Origin: Amphiscolops sp. MND2022
Taxonomy: Eukaryota
Assembly: GCA_964187785.1 (NCBI GenBank)
Contig: OZ076409.1
Location: forward strand, 12,960,001-13,024,000
Reading direction: 5' to 3'
Length of the DNA: 64,000 bases
Shown here: positions 1-13,050 of the stretch, piece after piece
Layout of the letters: the number at the start of each line of letters is the position of its first letter
How positions within the stretch are numbered: position 1 is the first letter of the stretch
The notes under the pieces: generated by a model
What the model was told of the DNA's origin: nothing
Database searches by the model: none
Seen by the model: the letters and a program-made list of their open reading frames with translations, nothing else
Made by a program: the position numbers and the translations under genes

Positions 1-967
1 GCTGCCCCCATCTCTCGATACTGCCGTAGAGACAGAGTGTAATGACATGGAATTCAAACCACTCACTCGCGACTACTCTTTTCCAATCCCCCCAGTGCAA
101 CCTGACACCGTGGATCTGGCCGTAGAGGCCTTCATGGAAGCAGAAGAGCGCCTGCATCTTGTCGCAGAAGAATTCGGCTCGGTCGAACTTCATCTTTGAT
201 TTCATTCAGGCGAGTGTGGAGATGGGCCGCAACTTCGAAAAGGCCTTCACGGATCTGGGAGCACACATGAAAGAGCTGCGTGACCGGGTGCATTCTTTCA
301 GAGAATGAAGTGCTCTTGAGTCGCACCTTCGAACAAACAGAAAAACTTAAAGTTACGGGTAGAGGATGCGACTGTGTCGCAGCACAAACTCACTGCGCCC
401 ATGTTAAAACCTCAATTGTCCAAGTACCCAGTAGACCTTGATTCTTTAGCTCACTTTGTTTTGTTTGGTTTTTTGGGCTGCAAACCAACAAAGGATGCAG
501 AACTACTTCTCCAACATGCCCATCATTTAAAGCTACTAATACACACGGATCAAATTCCCACTGTCACACGAAGTGGGTCAGCTGATTCTCCCATTGTCAA
601 GGAGGCCCGACGTATCCTTACTGATGGATCACTAAATAAAGTATACCGCTGTGGCGGTTTGCAGGATGTGTGTCGTGTTCGACGCAGCCTAAGAACATGT
701 ATGGACTGTGATCACTTGTTTGGCGACCGGACATCTACTTAGGTGCACGGACGCAACTTTCTAGGAGAAGTGTGCTGTAGCGGGCCAGCAGCGAGTAGCG
801 AAATGAAACAGATGCAAGCTCAGTTATTTACAAGTGAAACTTCTCTGAATTTTTCTTTTCTATAGTTGAGATTTCTGTATAATGATGTTTCATTTAGGAG
901 CAGCACTTCATTCTCTCGGTGTTTTCTTTATTATTTATACACTAAGGATGCTTTTATTTAAATGTAG

Positions 968-1638
968 CAAGCCGGAACCGGCCCAAGTCGGCGCCATATC
1001 CAAGGCTCAAAAATAGCAAAAAGACTTCCAAGTGTCAAGTATTCTTTTACAGTAGTCAAAAATCGAAAATTTTTCGAAAAAAAATTTTTTGAAAAAATTA
1101 CATACTAAAAAAATGGACCGAGTGGCGCGCCGGGGCTCGCGCTAGCTAACGTCTCACAATGCCGAAAAACTGAAAGGAGGGACCCTTTGAGGTTTTTCAA
1201 CATCCATTCTGTAGCAAAACATGAAAAAATTGAAGAAAATTTTTTTTTATTTTCGGGAGAAAATCTCACAATGCCGAAAAAAACTGGAAGGAAGAACCTA
1301 TTGGGATTTTCCAACATCCATTCTGTCGCAAAACATCAAAAAAATGCAGGGGGGACGCTTTGAGGAAAAAAAATTTCGAAAAAAAATCCGAAAAAAAAAT
1401 GTCTCGCAGTGCCGAAAAAAATTGAAAGGGGGGACTCTGGTCTCGCCCGGTATGATATGTTACGCGGAAAAACAGGTAAAACCATTTTGCTCCAGTTCGC
1501 TAGGCCAAATGGTGCTATTTGACACCATAATATTTTGTAGAACTTTTAAGAACTATTTTGGTCAGTTCGTGTGGATAGAAAAAAAAGAGTCACTATAATA
1601 GTCGCATTTCACTTCATGAAGCGCCGACTAAAAAAAAA
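968..1638 (-). mobile_element. Helentron-associated non-autonomous element (HINE/DINE-1-like), family 1, full-length copy
   Basis: Subterminal inverted repeats AGTCGGCGC (986-994) and GCGCCGACT (1621-1629), terminal hairpin GCCGG-AA-CCGGC (971-982), and an A-run at 1630-1638 (T-run on the element strand). The same ends recur about a dozen times in the window. Confidence 0.75.
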
Positions 1639-3289
1639 TAGACTAAATGTTTCATCCAGTAGTTGATTTCCCTTCTCTTACCCTCCATTCACGAGCAGTT
1701 CTTTGAAAAATTAAAGATGCTGTCTCAACAAAAAGTAAAAACGAGTTTTTGGCAGAAACTTGAATCCATTCTTTCCGACAACTTCAGAGATGTATGTTTG
1801 TTTGTAATTGAACATTTTTATCTGAAACGTTCTGATCAAACTTTTAAAAAGTAGTTTTTTTGCTTTTATTAGGCGTAACAACAATTTTGTTGACCATGAA
1901 ACTAACAATTTCTTCTCTAAATTTTCTTATTATTTTTATTGAAGGAACACTTTAACCAAAACACCAACAATCGCATTCGAGCATTAAAACTTATCAAAGA
2001 ATGAAAACGAAATAACAAAAAAACTATTGTCATAATAGTGAGAAAGGAGTGGAATACTTCTATGAAGTGTAATTTTTTGATTTTCAAAGCCTGTTTGTTC
2101 AACTCCGTAAAGACGGACCCTGACCAAACCCCCAAAGTTAGGCCTAGCCTGCTTCGGCACTGTTCAACAGGACTTAGATCTTAGTAGGCCTTTCAAACTC
2201 GCTTCCGCTGATTAATTCATTCAAGTTCCATGAGAAAGAAGGATCGTCACGGTAAGTAACAGTCGTAAAAACGACAAAAAACTAGTGTTTTGTATTCCCA
2301 CCAAAATCATTTTGAAGTCGCTGGAAGTTTGAAGTAGACTTAAGCTGTCGTTTTTTCAACGGTAAAAATAAATGTTACATTGAACCTAAGCGCTTAGAAA
2401 GCCAGTCTCATGATAGTGCTCCTCGCCAGATGCAACATCTATGACACAGAATGGTCATCGTACCCACTCTAAGAAGTAAAATAATTAGGCGAAGGCGCTG
2501 TTGAGGGAAGCCTAAGAAGTCTTTTAACTGCCTAGCGTTCTTGCTGAAGATGGGTTTCAATTAGGCTATTTACCAGTAAACTGTATTCAATATACCTGAA
2601 TCAAAAGCTTACCAATTGTAGTAAAGTGTTTCACCTACATTTTGAATGCCCTGCCACACGCGCGAAACTCTCAATTACGATTATAAACTATACCTCAACG
2701 AACGCACCGACCACCAAATCCGCCACTATCGTACGATCACGTTAAAGAAAACTCAGACTTTTCGCCCCGCGTGAGGTTCGCTATAGTTTTCGTCAACGCT
2801 TCAATATTTCTAATGGTAGTTATAGCGGCCTGTGGACTTTTTTGAGATCAGCGAAGTGAATTTACATTGCAGTAGAGATGCATCTCCGATATTGGATTAT
2901 AACCAGATTTAAATAGTTTTTTTCTGTGTTTCTCAGGTGTTATTTCAGTAATCCTGTGTCAATTTTGGCAAATTTACCCGTCGAAGGACCTAATAGAACC
3001 GTCTTACTTTTGCAAATTTAGAATCTACAAAAGTCTTTTTTCGCATCGAAGCGAAGGGTGTTTCACTGCGCATCATCTAAATTTTTCTTTACGGCTATAG
3101 GCAAAACTTGATTTTCAGCATACAAATACACACGAAAACTCTCCCTACTCTCTTTTGGAGCACGCTACTAGTGTAAGAGCATCGAGCACCTTTTTTCGCA
3201 AATTTAGCTCATTGTTGGTATTCGCAGATGCATTTCATCCTTTTCCATGATTCTGATCCTTTTTTGTTGATGTTCTGGGGTTGCAAAAT

Positions 3290-5620
3290 GCCAGATCTTA
3301 CATATTACCCCTATGCTCCGCCGCCAAACAAATAATCAAATGAAGTTTTACCACAAATTTTTGTGAAATTACGATCTCGTGAATTAAAATGGCAAGGCCA
3401 TCCGCATGAACACCAACCAACACTTCCATTGCACCCATGACTAAGTGCACGGCCTCTGTGTTAACACCAACGCCAGTAACATAAGCTACGTCCAGGGCGC
3501 TCAGTGGTAGGAGTTCATCCACTCACGGTCTCCGGGCGTAAACCGTTCACAACAAGTGTCCTCACGAGTACAACCAGAACTACAACAGCCTCGTTTTTCA
3601 CGTTGTCCGAAAAAGCTAGACCAATACCTAGCACTCCTTACATCGCTCCCCTACCATCCTGTGTCATGCCGGAATCTACGACTGAAAGAGAATGCTCTGC
3701 ATTTTTTCACCACCCTTTCAACGTCTCAACAAACTTACTTCGACCTTTTAGAATACTTTTCTAGGCAAAACGATTCAACTAATGGAAGCTGTTTGAAAGC
3801 TCGTTTGAAGGCTGCTAAGCAGCAGCCTAATCGGGATTTATAGACGTTTCTTTGTGACGTACGTTCATGTGCTCGGAGAATCCATTGAGCTACCCCGGAT
3901 TTTGTTCGATCCAATACTGATGACCTGCTTCATAGAAAGTATGAGATACACAATACTTCGCTGTAAGCTTCGAAAAACCCAACCAGCAACGGCCGACCAA
4001 GCTTTAGCCTTAACGACGGAACTGGATTCAATATAACGAGAACGGCAGCGTGAAAACTCCGCAACCAGTCAAAAGAGAGTCAAAAGATATTTTTAGCTGA
4101 TACTACAACAGAGTTTTGTTTCTTCGAACACTGTGGCAAGAGCTACAAGAGGAAGGTCGTCGAATGGCACCGGAACACAAGGAAGAAACAAAAGTGATGG
4201 AAACTATTCCCATCACCGAATGCTGTCCGAAAGAAATGACTCCGTTAAAAGCAATCATTCAGTCCGCTTCCACTCGTGACAAAGCAACCAACGTCCAGTA
4301 ATATCAATAGGGAAAATCCCCTTCGAGAAATTTAATCAGGGTTCTCCTCATTCATCAAAGAACAGCCATATTTTAGGCAAGAAATGCCAGGAAACGCTGC
4401 GGTTGTTGCAAACGAAACAATCAAGTGAACAAAGACTGCAAAGCATGTTATAGTTGCCACAAAGTCGATCATCACCAGAGGGAAAGCACCGAGGAGAAAA
4501 AATTTTTGAACTAACCGAATCTACGCTCACGGGTCGAAGTGCAGACGAGACCACTGAAAATGGTCCACAATTTCAGACTCTTGACTATGTGGATGAACTC
4601 GAGTGTTTTTGTCCAATTATCTGTATGCGGTCGAATAATTATGGCAATTTGTGATAGTGGAGCGAGTCTGTCTTGCCTGAGCTCAAAAACTTTTGATAAA
4701 CTCAGGAAAGTCGCTAAGCTGAAATTAAAGCCATGAAAGATAGTTGCCGCAAATGAGCTACCAATAGGAAAAACATTGGGAACTGTCCGTCGTAACTCGA
4801 AAATAGGCCAGAGACTATTGGAACATGTTCCATGTTTTGAAGCAGTCTGAAACCGGTCTCCTTAATTTTCTGGTCTTCATGAAATAACATGAGTGCAATC
4901 CTTTAATATCAGAAGACGTACTTCGTCTAGACAACAAACCACAAGTGCCCTTATATCGTTGTCAAAACGACGACGGAGCAATCTCGGTATTGCGGGTAGT
5001 CGTCTCAGAAACAGTATCCGTGCTAGCGTGTCACAGCGCTAGTCCCTGCTCGTATTTCCAAAGGAAACGCCCTCTGCGAAAAACTGTTGCCATGTTGGAA
5101 CCTAACGAAAGGTTCGACTGTTCAAAGGAGCCAATGGATCCTGATTCTCTGTTTAATCTCACAGAGGAAAATGTTCCTGTGTCAGTAGAAATTACGAGCG
5201 ACGAGCCAACCATACTGTACGAGACCAGAACACTGGGCACAACACTGAAATCATTCTCATTGTGCTCCGAAGACCATAGTGGAAACGGAAGCAAAGGAAG
5301 TAATAGAGAAATTGTATAATCTGAAGATGTGATGGGTTTAATCAGCGTAGAAATCCCGGATCATCTCAAACATAAGTTCAAGGACTGGTCTGCAAATTTG
5401 AAGATGTGTTCTCGAAATACCAGTCGGACATCAGTCGATGTGATGCGGTGAGTCACAAAATTGACGTGCTCCCTATGTCTAAGCCAATCAAATTGCCTAA
5501 CCGACGAATGCCTATGCACTACAAAGAGGACCTGAAGGAAGAGATTGATGCTTTCCTGGATAAGCAATTCATAGCACGCTGTCACAGGCCGAATAGTGCA
5601 CCCGCCATGTTACCCGCCAC
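3290..5620 (+). mobile_element. Decayed Ty3/Gypsy LTR-retrotransposon internal fragment (gag, aspartic protease, start of RT), copy 1
   Basis: Gag-like text (LKAAKQQPN...LRCKLRK), protease motif AICDSGASLSCLS (4539-4736 ORF), and RT N-terminus HKIDV..KPIKLPNRRMPMHYKEDLKEEIDAFLDKQFI..SAPAML (5406-5636). Many stops and frameshifts; truncated before the YxDD motif. Boundaries approximate. Confidence 0.85.
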
Positions 5621-8019
5621 TGACCTTTATGTATAGTCGTACTATTAGGCGCAAATAAAAAGAGCGGCTTCTGATTGTTATTCAGGACAATACGTCTCTG
5701 GCATTGACCAGTTAGCTGATTGTGTTTCCATTTATATTTTACAAATAATAAATTCACTGCACGTATCAGAGTAAAGTTCATGAAAAGATCATTCAAACAG
5801 TGTTTGCTTTTCAACGAGACATTTGTTTTTGGGAATCCGAATCGTAGGTCGCACAGACAAATGTCTCAAGCAAATGATATCTTTAACATATGAAAGAACG
5901 CTTGCTCAGAAGGTTTTGATTAGAGTGAAAGCTTGCAATCCATATTGTTTTTAACGAACTTTAGTTCACAGTTTTTAGACGGATCACACACAAAAATTAG
6001 GTTTTTGTAAAACTGCAATTATAATACAACCCATATTGTTTGGGAATTGTTTGAATAGTGTATAACTACGTAGCGCTCCAATGAGATTGGTTTTTGGAAT
6101 GATCGTGGTTAGGCAGTTAACTAATCTCAGAATCAAAGGTAATGTACCTTTAGCACATTTACAAATCTCCCTGACAGCTGAGTACGCTGACAGTTGAGCG
6201 CTGATTGTAGAAGCGAATTAGGTGGAAAGTTATCTTTTGACTTAATGATTTTTTTTGGTACTTAGATTAGGGTTGTAAAAAATAATATATCCTAATTTAT
6301 TTTGGAAGAAAAATACATCTCTCACTATAATAGTCGCGTTTCACTTCATGAAGCGCCGACTAAAAAAAATAGACTAAATGTTTCATCCAGTAGTTGATTT
6401 CCCTTCTCTTACCCTCCATTCACGAGCAGTTCCTTGAAAAATTAAAGATGCTGTCTCAACAAAAAGTAAAAACGAGTTTTTGGCAGAAACTTGAATCCAT
6501 TCGTTCCGACAACTTCAGAGAGGTATGTTTGTTTGTAATTGAACATTTTTATCTGAAACGTTCTGATCAAACTATTAAAATGCAGTTTTTTTGCTTTTAT
6601 TAGGCGTAACAACAATTTTGTTGACCATGAAACTAACAATTTCTTCTCTAAATTTTCTTATTATTTTTATTGAAGGAACACTTTAACCAAAACACCAACA
6701 ATCGCATTCGAGCATTAAAACTTATCAAAGAATGAAAACGAAATAACAAAAAAACTATTGTCATAATAGTGAGAAAGGAGTGGAATACTTCTATGAAGTG
6801 TAATTTTTTGATTTTCAAAGCCTGTTTGTTCAACTCCGTAAAGACGGACCCTGACCAAACCCCCAAAGTTAGGCCTAGCCTGCTTCGGCACTGTTCAACA
6901 GGACTTAGATCTTAGTAGGCCTTTCAAACTCGCTTCCGCTGATTAATTCATTCAAGTTCCATGAGAAAGAAGGATCGTCACGGTAAGTAACAGTCGTAAA
7001 AACGACAAAAAACTAGTGTTTTGTATTCCCACCAAAATCATTTTGAAGTCGCTGGAAGTTTGAAGTAGACTTAAGCTGTCGTTTTTTCAACGGTAAAAAT
7101 AAATGTTACATTGAACCTAAGCGCTTAGAAAGCCAGTCTCATGATAGTGCTCCTCGCCAGATGCAACATCTATGACACAGAATGGTCATCGTACCCACTC
7201 TAAGAAGTAAAATAATTAGGCGAAGGCGCTGTTGAGGGAAGCCTAAGAAGTCTTTTAACTGCCTAGCGTTCATGCTGAAGATGGGTTTCAATTAGGCTAT
7301 TTACCAGTAAACTGTATTCAATATACCTGAATCAAAAGCTTACCAATTGTAGTAAAGTGTTTCACCTACATTTTGAATGCCCTGCCACACGCGCGAAACT
7401 CTCAATTACGATTATAAACTATACCTCAACGAACGTACCGACCACCAAGTCCGCCACTATCGTACGATCACGTTAAAGAAAACTCAGACTTTTCGCCCTG
7501 CGTTAGGTTCGCTATAATTTTCGTCAACGCTTCAATATTTCTAATGGTAGTTATAGCGGCCTGTGGACTTTTTTGAGATCAGCGAAGTGAATTTACATTG
7601 CAGTAGAGATGCATCTCCGACATTGGATTATAACCAGATTTAAATAGTTTTTTTTCTGTGTTTCTCAGGTGTTATTTCAGTAATCCTGTGTCAATTTTGG
7701 CAAATTTACCCGTCGAGGGACCTAATAGAACCGTCTTACTTTTGCAAATTTAGAATCTACAAAAGTCTTTTTTCGCATCGAAGCGAAGGGTGTTTCACTG
7801 CGCATCATCTAAATTTTTTTTTACGGCTATAGGCAAAACTTGATTTTCAGCATACAAATACACACGAAAACTCTCCCTACTCTCTTTTGGAGCACGCTAC
7901 TAGTGTAAGGGCATCGAGCACCTTTTTTCGCAAATTTAGCTCATTGTTGGTATTCGCAGATGCATTTCATCCTTTTCCATGATTCTGATCCTTTTTTGTT
8001 GATGTTCTGGGGTTGCAAA

Positions 8020-10310
8020 ATGCCAAATCCTACATATTACCCCTATGCTCCGCCGCTAAACATATAATCAAAAGAAGTTTTACCACAAATTTTTGTGAAA
8101 TTACGATCTCGTGAATTAAAATGGCAAGGCCATCCGCATGAACACCAACCAACACTTCCATTGCACCCATGACTAAGAGCACGGCCTCTGTGTTAACACC
8201 AGCGCCAGTAACATAAGCTACGTCCAGGGCGCTCAGTGGTAGGAGTTCATCCACTCACGGTCTCCGGGCGTAAACCGTTCACAACAAGTGTCCTCACGAG
8301 TACAACCAGAACTACAACAGCCTCGTTTTTCACGTTGTCCGAAAAGGCTAGACCAATACCTAGCACTCCTTACATCGAAAGAGAATGCTCTGCATTTTTC
8401 ACCACCCTTTCAACGTCTCAACAAACTTACTTCGACCTTTTAGAATACTTTTCTAGGCAAAACGATTCAACTAATGGAAGCTGTTTGAAAGCTCGTTTGA
8501 AGGCTGCTAAGCAGCAGCCTAATCGGGATTTATAGACGTTTCTTTGTGACGTACGTTCATGTGCTCGGAGAATCCATTGAGCTACCCCGGATTTTGTTCG
8601 ATCCAATACTGATGACCTGCTTCATAGAAAGTATGAGATACACAATACTTCGCTGTAAGCTTCGAAAAACCCAACCAGCAACGGCCGACCAAGCTTTAGC
8701 CTTAACGACGGAACTGGATTCAATATAACGAGAACGGCAGCGTGAAAACTCCGCAACCAGTCAAAAGAGAGTCAAAAGATATTTTTAGCTGATACTACAA
8801 CAGAGTTTTGTTTCTTCGAACACTGTGGCAAGAGCTACAAGAGGAAGGTCGTCGAATGGCACCGGAACACAAGGAAGAAACAAAAGTGATGGAAACTATT
8901 CCCATCACCGAATGCTGTCCGAAAGAAATGACTCCGTTAAAAGCAATCATTCAGTCCGCTTCCACTCGTGACAAAGCAACCAACGTCCAGTAATATCAAT
9001 AGGGAAAATCCCCTTCGAGAAATATAATCAGGGTTCTCCTCATTCATCAAAGAACAGCCATATTTTAGGCAAGAGATGCCAGGAAACCCTGCGGTTGTTG
9101 CAAACGAAACAATCATGTGAACAAAGACTGCAAAGCATGTTATAGTTGCCACAAAGTCGATCATCACCAGAGGGAAAGCACCGAGGAGAAAAAATTTTTG
9201 AACTAACCGAATCTACGCTCACGGGTCGAAGTGCAGACGAGACCACTGAAAATGGTCCACAAATTCAGACTCTTGACTATGTGGATGAACTCGAGTGTTT
9301 TTGTCCAATTATCTGTATGCGGTCGAATAATTGTGGCAATTTGTGATAGTGGAGCGAGTCTGTCTTGCCTGAGCTAAAAAAATTTTGATAAACGCAGGAA
9401 AGTCGCTAAGCTGAAATTAAACCATGAAAGATAGTTGCCGCAAATGAGCTACCAATAGGAAAAACATTGGGAACTGTCCGTCGTAACTCGAAAATAGGCC
9501 AGAGACTATTGGAACATGTTCCATGTTTTGAAGCAGTCTGAAACCGGTCTCCTAAATTTTCTGGTCTTCATGAAATAACATGAGTGCAATCCTTTAATAT
9601 CAGAAGACGTACTTCGTCTAGACAACAAACCACAAGTGCCCTTATATCGTTGTCAAAACGATGACGGAGCAATCTCGGTATTGCGGGTAGTCGTCTCAGA
9701 AACAGTATCCGTGCTAGCGTGTCACAGCGCTAGTCCCTGCTCGTTTTTCCAAAGGAAACGCCCTCTGCGAAAAACTGTCGCCATGTTGGAACCTAACGAA
9801 AGGTTCGACTGTTCAAAGGAGACAATGGATCCTGATTCTCTGTTTAATCTCACAGAGGAAAATGTTCCTGTGTCAGTAGAAATTACGAGCGACGAGCCAA
9901 CCATACTGTACGAGACCAGAACACTGGGCACAACACTGAAATCATTCTCATTGTGCTCCGAAGACCATAGTGGAAACGGAAGCAAAGGAAGTAATAGAGA
10001 AAATGTATAATCTGAAGATGTGATGGGTTTAATCAGCGTAGAAATCCCGGATCATCTCAAACATAAGTTCAAGGTTTGGTCTGCAAATTTGAAGATGTGT
10101 TCTCGAAATACCAGTCGGACATCAGTCGATGTGATGCGGTGAGTCACAAAATTGACGTGCTCCCTATGTCTAAGCCAATCAAATTGCCTAACCGACGAAT
10201 GCCTATGCACTACAAAGAGGACCTGAAGGAAGAGATTGATGCTTTCCTGGATAAGCAATTCATAGCACGCTGTCACAGGCCGAATAGTGCACCCGCCATG
10301 TTACCCGCCA
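8020..10310 (+). mobile_element. Decayed Ty3/Gypsy internal fragment, copy 2 (inside the tandem duplication)
   Basis: Near-identical to 3290-5620 with the same DSG protease and RT N-terminal motifs (10076-10327 ORF). Confidence 0.85.
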
Positions 10311-11068
10311 CTGACCTTTATGTATAGTCGTACTATTAGGCGCAAATAAAAAGAGCGGCTTCTGATTGTTATTCAGGACAATACGTCTCTGGCATTGACC
10401 AGTTAGCTGATTGTGTTTCCATTTATATTTTACAAATAATAAATTCACTGCACGTATCAGAGTAAAGTTCATAAAAAGATCATTCAAACAGTGTTTGCTT
10501 TTCAACGAGACATTTGTTTTTGGGAATCCGAATCGTAGGTCGCACAGACAAATGTCTCAAGCAAATGATATCTTTAACATATGAAAGAACGCTTGCTCAG
10601 AAGGTTTTGAGTAGAGTGAAAGCTTGCAATCCATATTGTTTTTAACGAACTTTAGTTCACAGTTTTTAGACGGATCACACACAAAAATTAAGTTTTTGTA
10701 AAACTGCAATTATAATACAACCCATATTGTTTGGGAATTGTTTGAATAGTGTATAACTACGTAGCGCTCCAATGAGATTGGTTTTTGGAATGATCGTGGT
10801 TAGGCAGTTAACTAATCTCAGAATCAAAGGTAATGTACCTTTAGCACATTTACAATTCTCCCTGACAGCTGAGTACGCTGACAGTTGAGCGCTGATTGTA
10901 GAAGCGAATTAGGTGGAAAGTTATCTTTTGACTTAATGATTTTTTTGGTACTTAGATCAGGGTTGTAAAAAATATATCCTAATTTATTTTGGAAGAAAAA
11001 TACATATCTGGATATGACTTCCTTACGAAGTCCTTACTTACTTATTTTTTTCATAGGAAAAAAATATA

Positions 11069-12577
11069 CACTGCGTTCCAAATTATTAGGCAAGTATCAA
11101 ATTACTAGTAAACACCACTTTCAAGTTTCGCCGGAGCAATCCAGCTATACTAGCGTTTTTTAAGATTCGCTGGGAAAGTATTGCAAGAAACGTGGTATCT
11201 AACACTATTCAGATGAAAAGAAATAGTCGAAAATCTCTTTTTCAAGTGTTCCGATTTATTAGGCAAATTGCAAAAGTTCAACAGATTATTTTATCTAAAC
11301 AGTTGAAGTTTTATCCAATGATAGACGTAGCATCCCTTGTTCTGGAGTATTGTAACAATCCGTATATCCATTGATTTTGTAAGGTTTTGAACAGTATGAG
11401 GTTTAATATTGGAACAAATAGTTTTGATCGAGTCCCAGAGATCATTTTTATTGCTGTGCTGCTTTCCACTTTCGTGAAATTTTGCTTTTGAGATAGCCCA
11501 CAAGTTCTCTGTTGGATTGAGATCCGGAGAAGTCGCTGGCCAATTCATTAGACGCTTTTCCGCCAAATTATGAATCCGTAGAAAAAATCTAGCCATGAGG
11601 GACGCGTGGGATAGAGCATTGTCGTGCATGAATACAAAGTTGTCCTGAAGGCCAGGCTCTAGAAGATGGTTTTTCAGGAATCAAATTTTGTCACAGAACC
11701 TCGGTGTACGTGAAAGCGGTCATTTTCACTCTGTCCGGTACCTTGAAAGGGCGTATGAGTTTAGACCGATAAATGGCTGCCCAAAACATGACCCCTCCTC
11801 CGCCTTGCTGTTGTCGTAGCCTAACTGGGATGTCCAGCTTGTTCAATACCAACCTCTCGAGAACCCATCCGTGCCATCCAAGGTTCTTCGACATTCGTCA
11901 GTAAACGTAACTTTATCAGAATCTTGTTTCATGTATTTAACTGCAAATTCAACTCTCTTTTCTTTATGGTTCATAGTCAACGGAGGCTTTTTAATCGCTG
12001 ATTTCATTTCAGCCAGGACTCGGATTATCCTCCAGCGGCTAGTTCTAGATTCAACTTGTATATTGCTTCCATTGAAACACTTTCGAGACGTCGTAAGTTG
12101 GTTTCGAGCAATTGCCATCTTCAAAACAGTCATTTCCTTTTTCTTGATTTTTCTAAAGTGGCCTTTGTCACTTCTACTTCTGACTTTGGATGCTTTTTGA
12201 ACCAAATTTTTGATTGTTCGGTGGTCTCGAGGTAACATTCCTGCTATTTCAAATGTAGTCTTTGATTAGACAGTAATTTGACTATCGGATCTTTTTCAAT
12301 TGTTGTCAAATCACGTTTCCTCCCCATACTATCGCCTGTATACAAACGCGAAAGTTTATTAACAAAATAATCACATTAAAATGTTGAAAGTGCAAGTTTT
12401 TACTTATTCTTGTTGAAAATCCTGTTTCTTGCTTAATAATTTGGAATGGATTTTTGTTTGTCTAATTCAGTTAATGTTTGAATACAGTTTGAATGAAACC
12501 GGAATCGGCATGTGAAAGATTATGAATGAAACTTTTGTTCAAATCATTCACTTGCTTAAAATTTGGAACGCACAGTG
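11069..12577 (-). mobile_element. Tc1/mariner superfamily DNA transposon, DD37E (TRT-type), full-length but decayed
   Basis: TIRs CACTGCGTTCCAAATTATTAGGCAAGT (from 11069, preceded by TA) and ACTTGCTTAAAATTTGGAACGCACAGTG (12550-12577). Inner copies of the TIR core at about 11246-11268 and 12428-12446. Encloses a transposase. Confidence 0.92.
11291..12327 (-). pseudogene. Frameshifted DD37E transposase
   Basis: Starts MGRKRDLT at 12327. Motifs VTFTDECRRTLDG, RQQQGGGGVMFWAAI, FMHDNALSH and WPATSPDLNPTENLW; 37 residues lie between the second D and the E. Split over at least three frames. Confidence 0.9.
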
Positions 12578-12599
12578 CTTTTATCCGATTTTAGCAATA

Positions 12600-13050
12600 A
12601 CGTTATCAACATTTTCAATTAGCAAATAGGAAAAACGTTAAAGACGTTAAAGTTTTTCGAAATGCATTGGCAACACTCGTTTTCTTTGATCGTCAAGTGT
12701 CAGCATTGCACGGCTGAAGAGACGCTGTACCTTATTAGAAGTGCGAGTAAACATTGCTATGCTGGCTATGCAAAACATTTCTTCTGAAGAATTATTCGAC
12801 ATTAACCCTAAATGGACCAGGACATTTTCGGTTCCATCCAAAAATCTGGTGCTTACACTTTAAACTGCAATATCTCCTAAACTATTCAGGTCCGACACCC
12901 GATTTATAGCGCGTTCAAAAGAGGACAATGGCTCCGGACTTTGCGCCAAAACTTTGCACGCCTCGTGTCTCTGATTGCATTTCAGCTTGTTCTGACACAT
13001 GCTGGAGTCACTTTGACCCAATCTTGATACCAGTGGGATAAAAGGGCCAG
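12600..13050 (-). pseudogene. hAT-like transposase C-terminal (dimerisation domain) remnant
   Basis: TRTSNKVQRLFSRAMLTLDDQRKRVLPMHFEKL followed, after a frameshift, by FLFAN. This matches the hAT TSxxxERxFS...R..L....E...FL..N pattern. Confidence 0.55.

Larger units (their letters stand above)
1590..11009 (+). repeat. Direct tandem duplication of about 4.7 kb (unit 1 1590-6321, unit 2 6322-11009)
   Basis: Both units begin TCACTATAATAGTCGC and end GGAAGAAAAATACAT. ORFs are duplicated at about 4.73 kb spacing (1663/6394, 3298/8030). Units differ by scattered SNPs, small indels and a 39-bp deletion in unit 2 (unit 1 positions 3646-3684). Confidence 0.97.

Noticed and set aside
1105..1598. Protein-coding ORFs within HINE copies (also near 19626-20131, 33058-33565 and 50262-50982)
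   Set aside because: Phe/Lys-rich translations of A/T-run repeats with no conserved frame between copies.
1590..11009. The two repeats as LTRs of one retrotransposon
   Set aside because: They are adjacent, contain the gag/pol fragment themselves, and I found no TG...CA ends, PBS or PPT.
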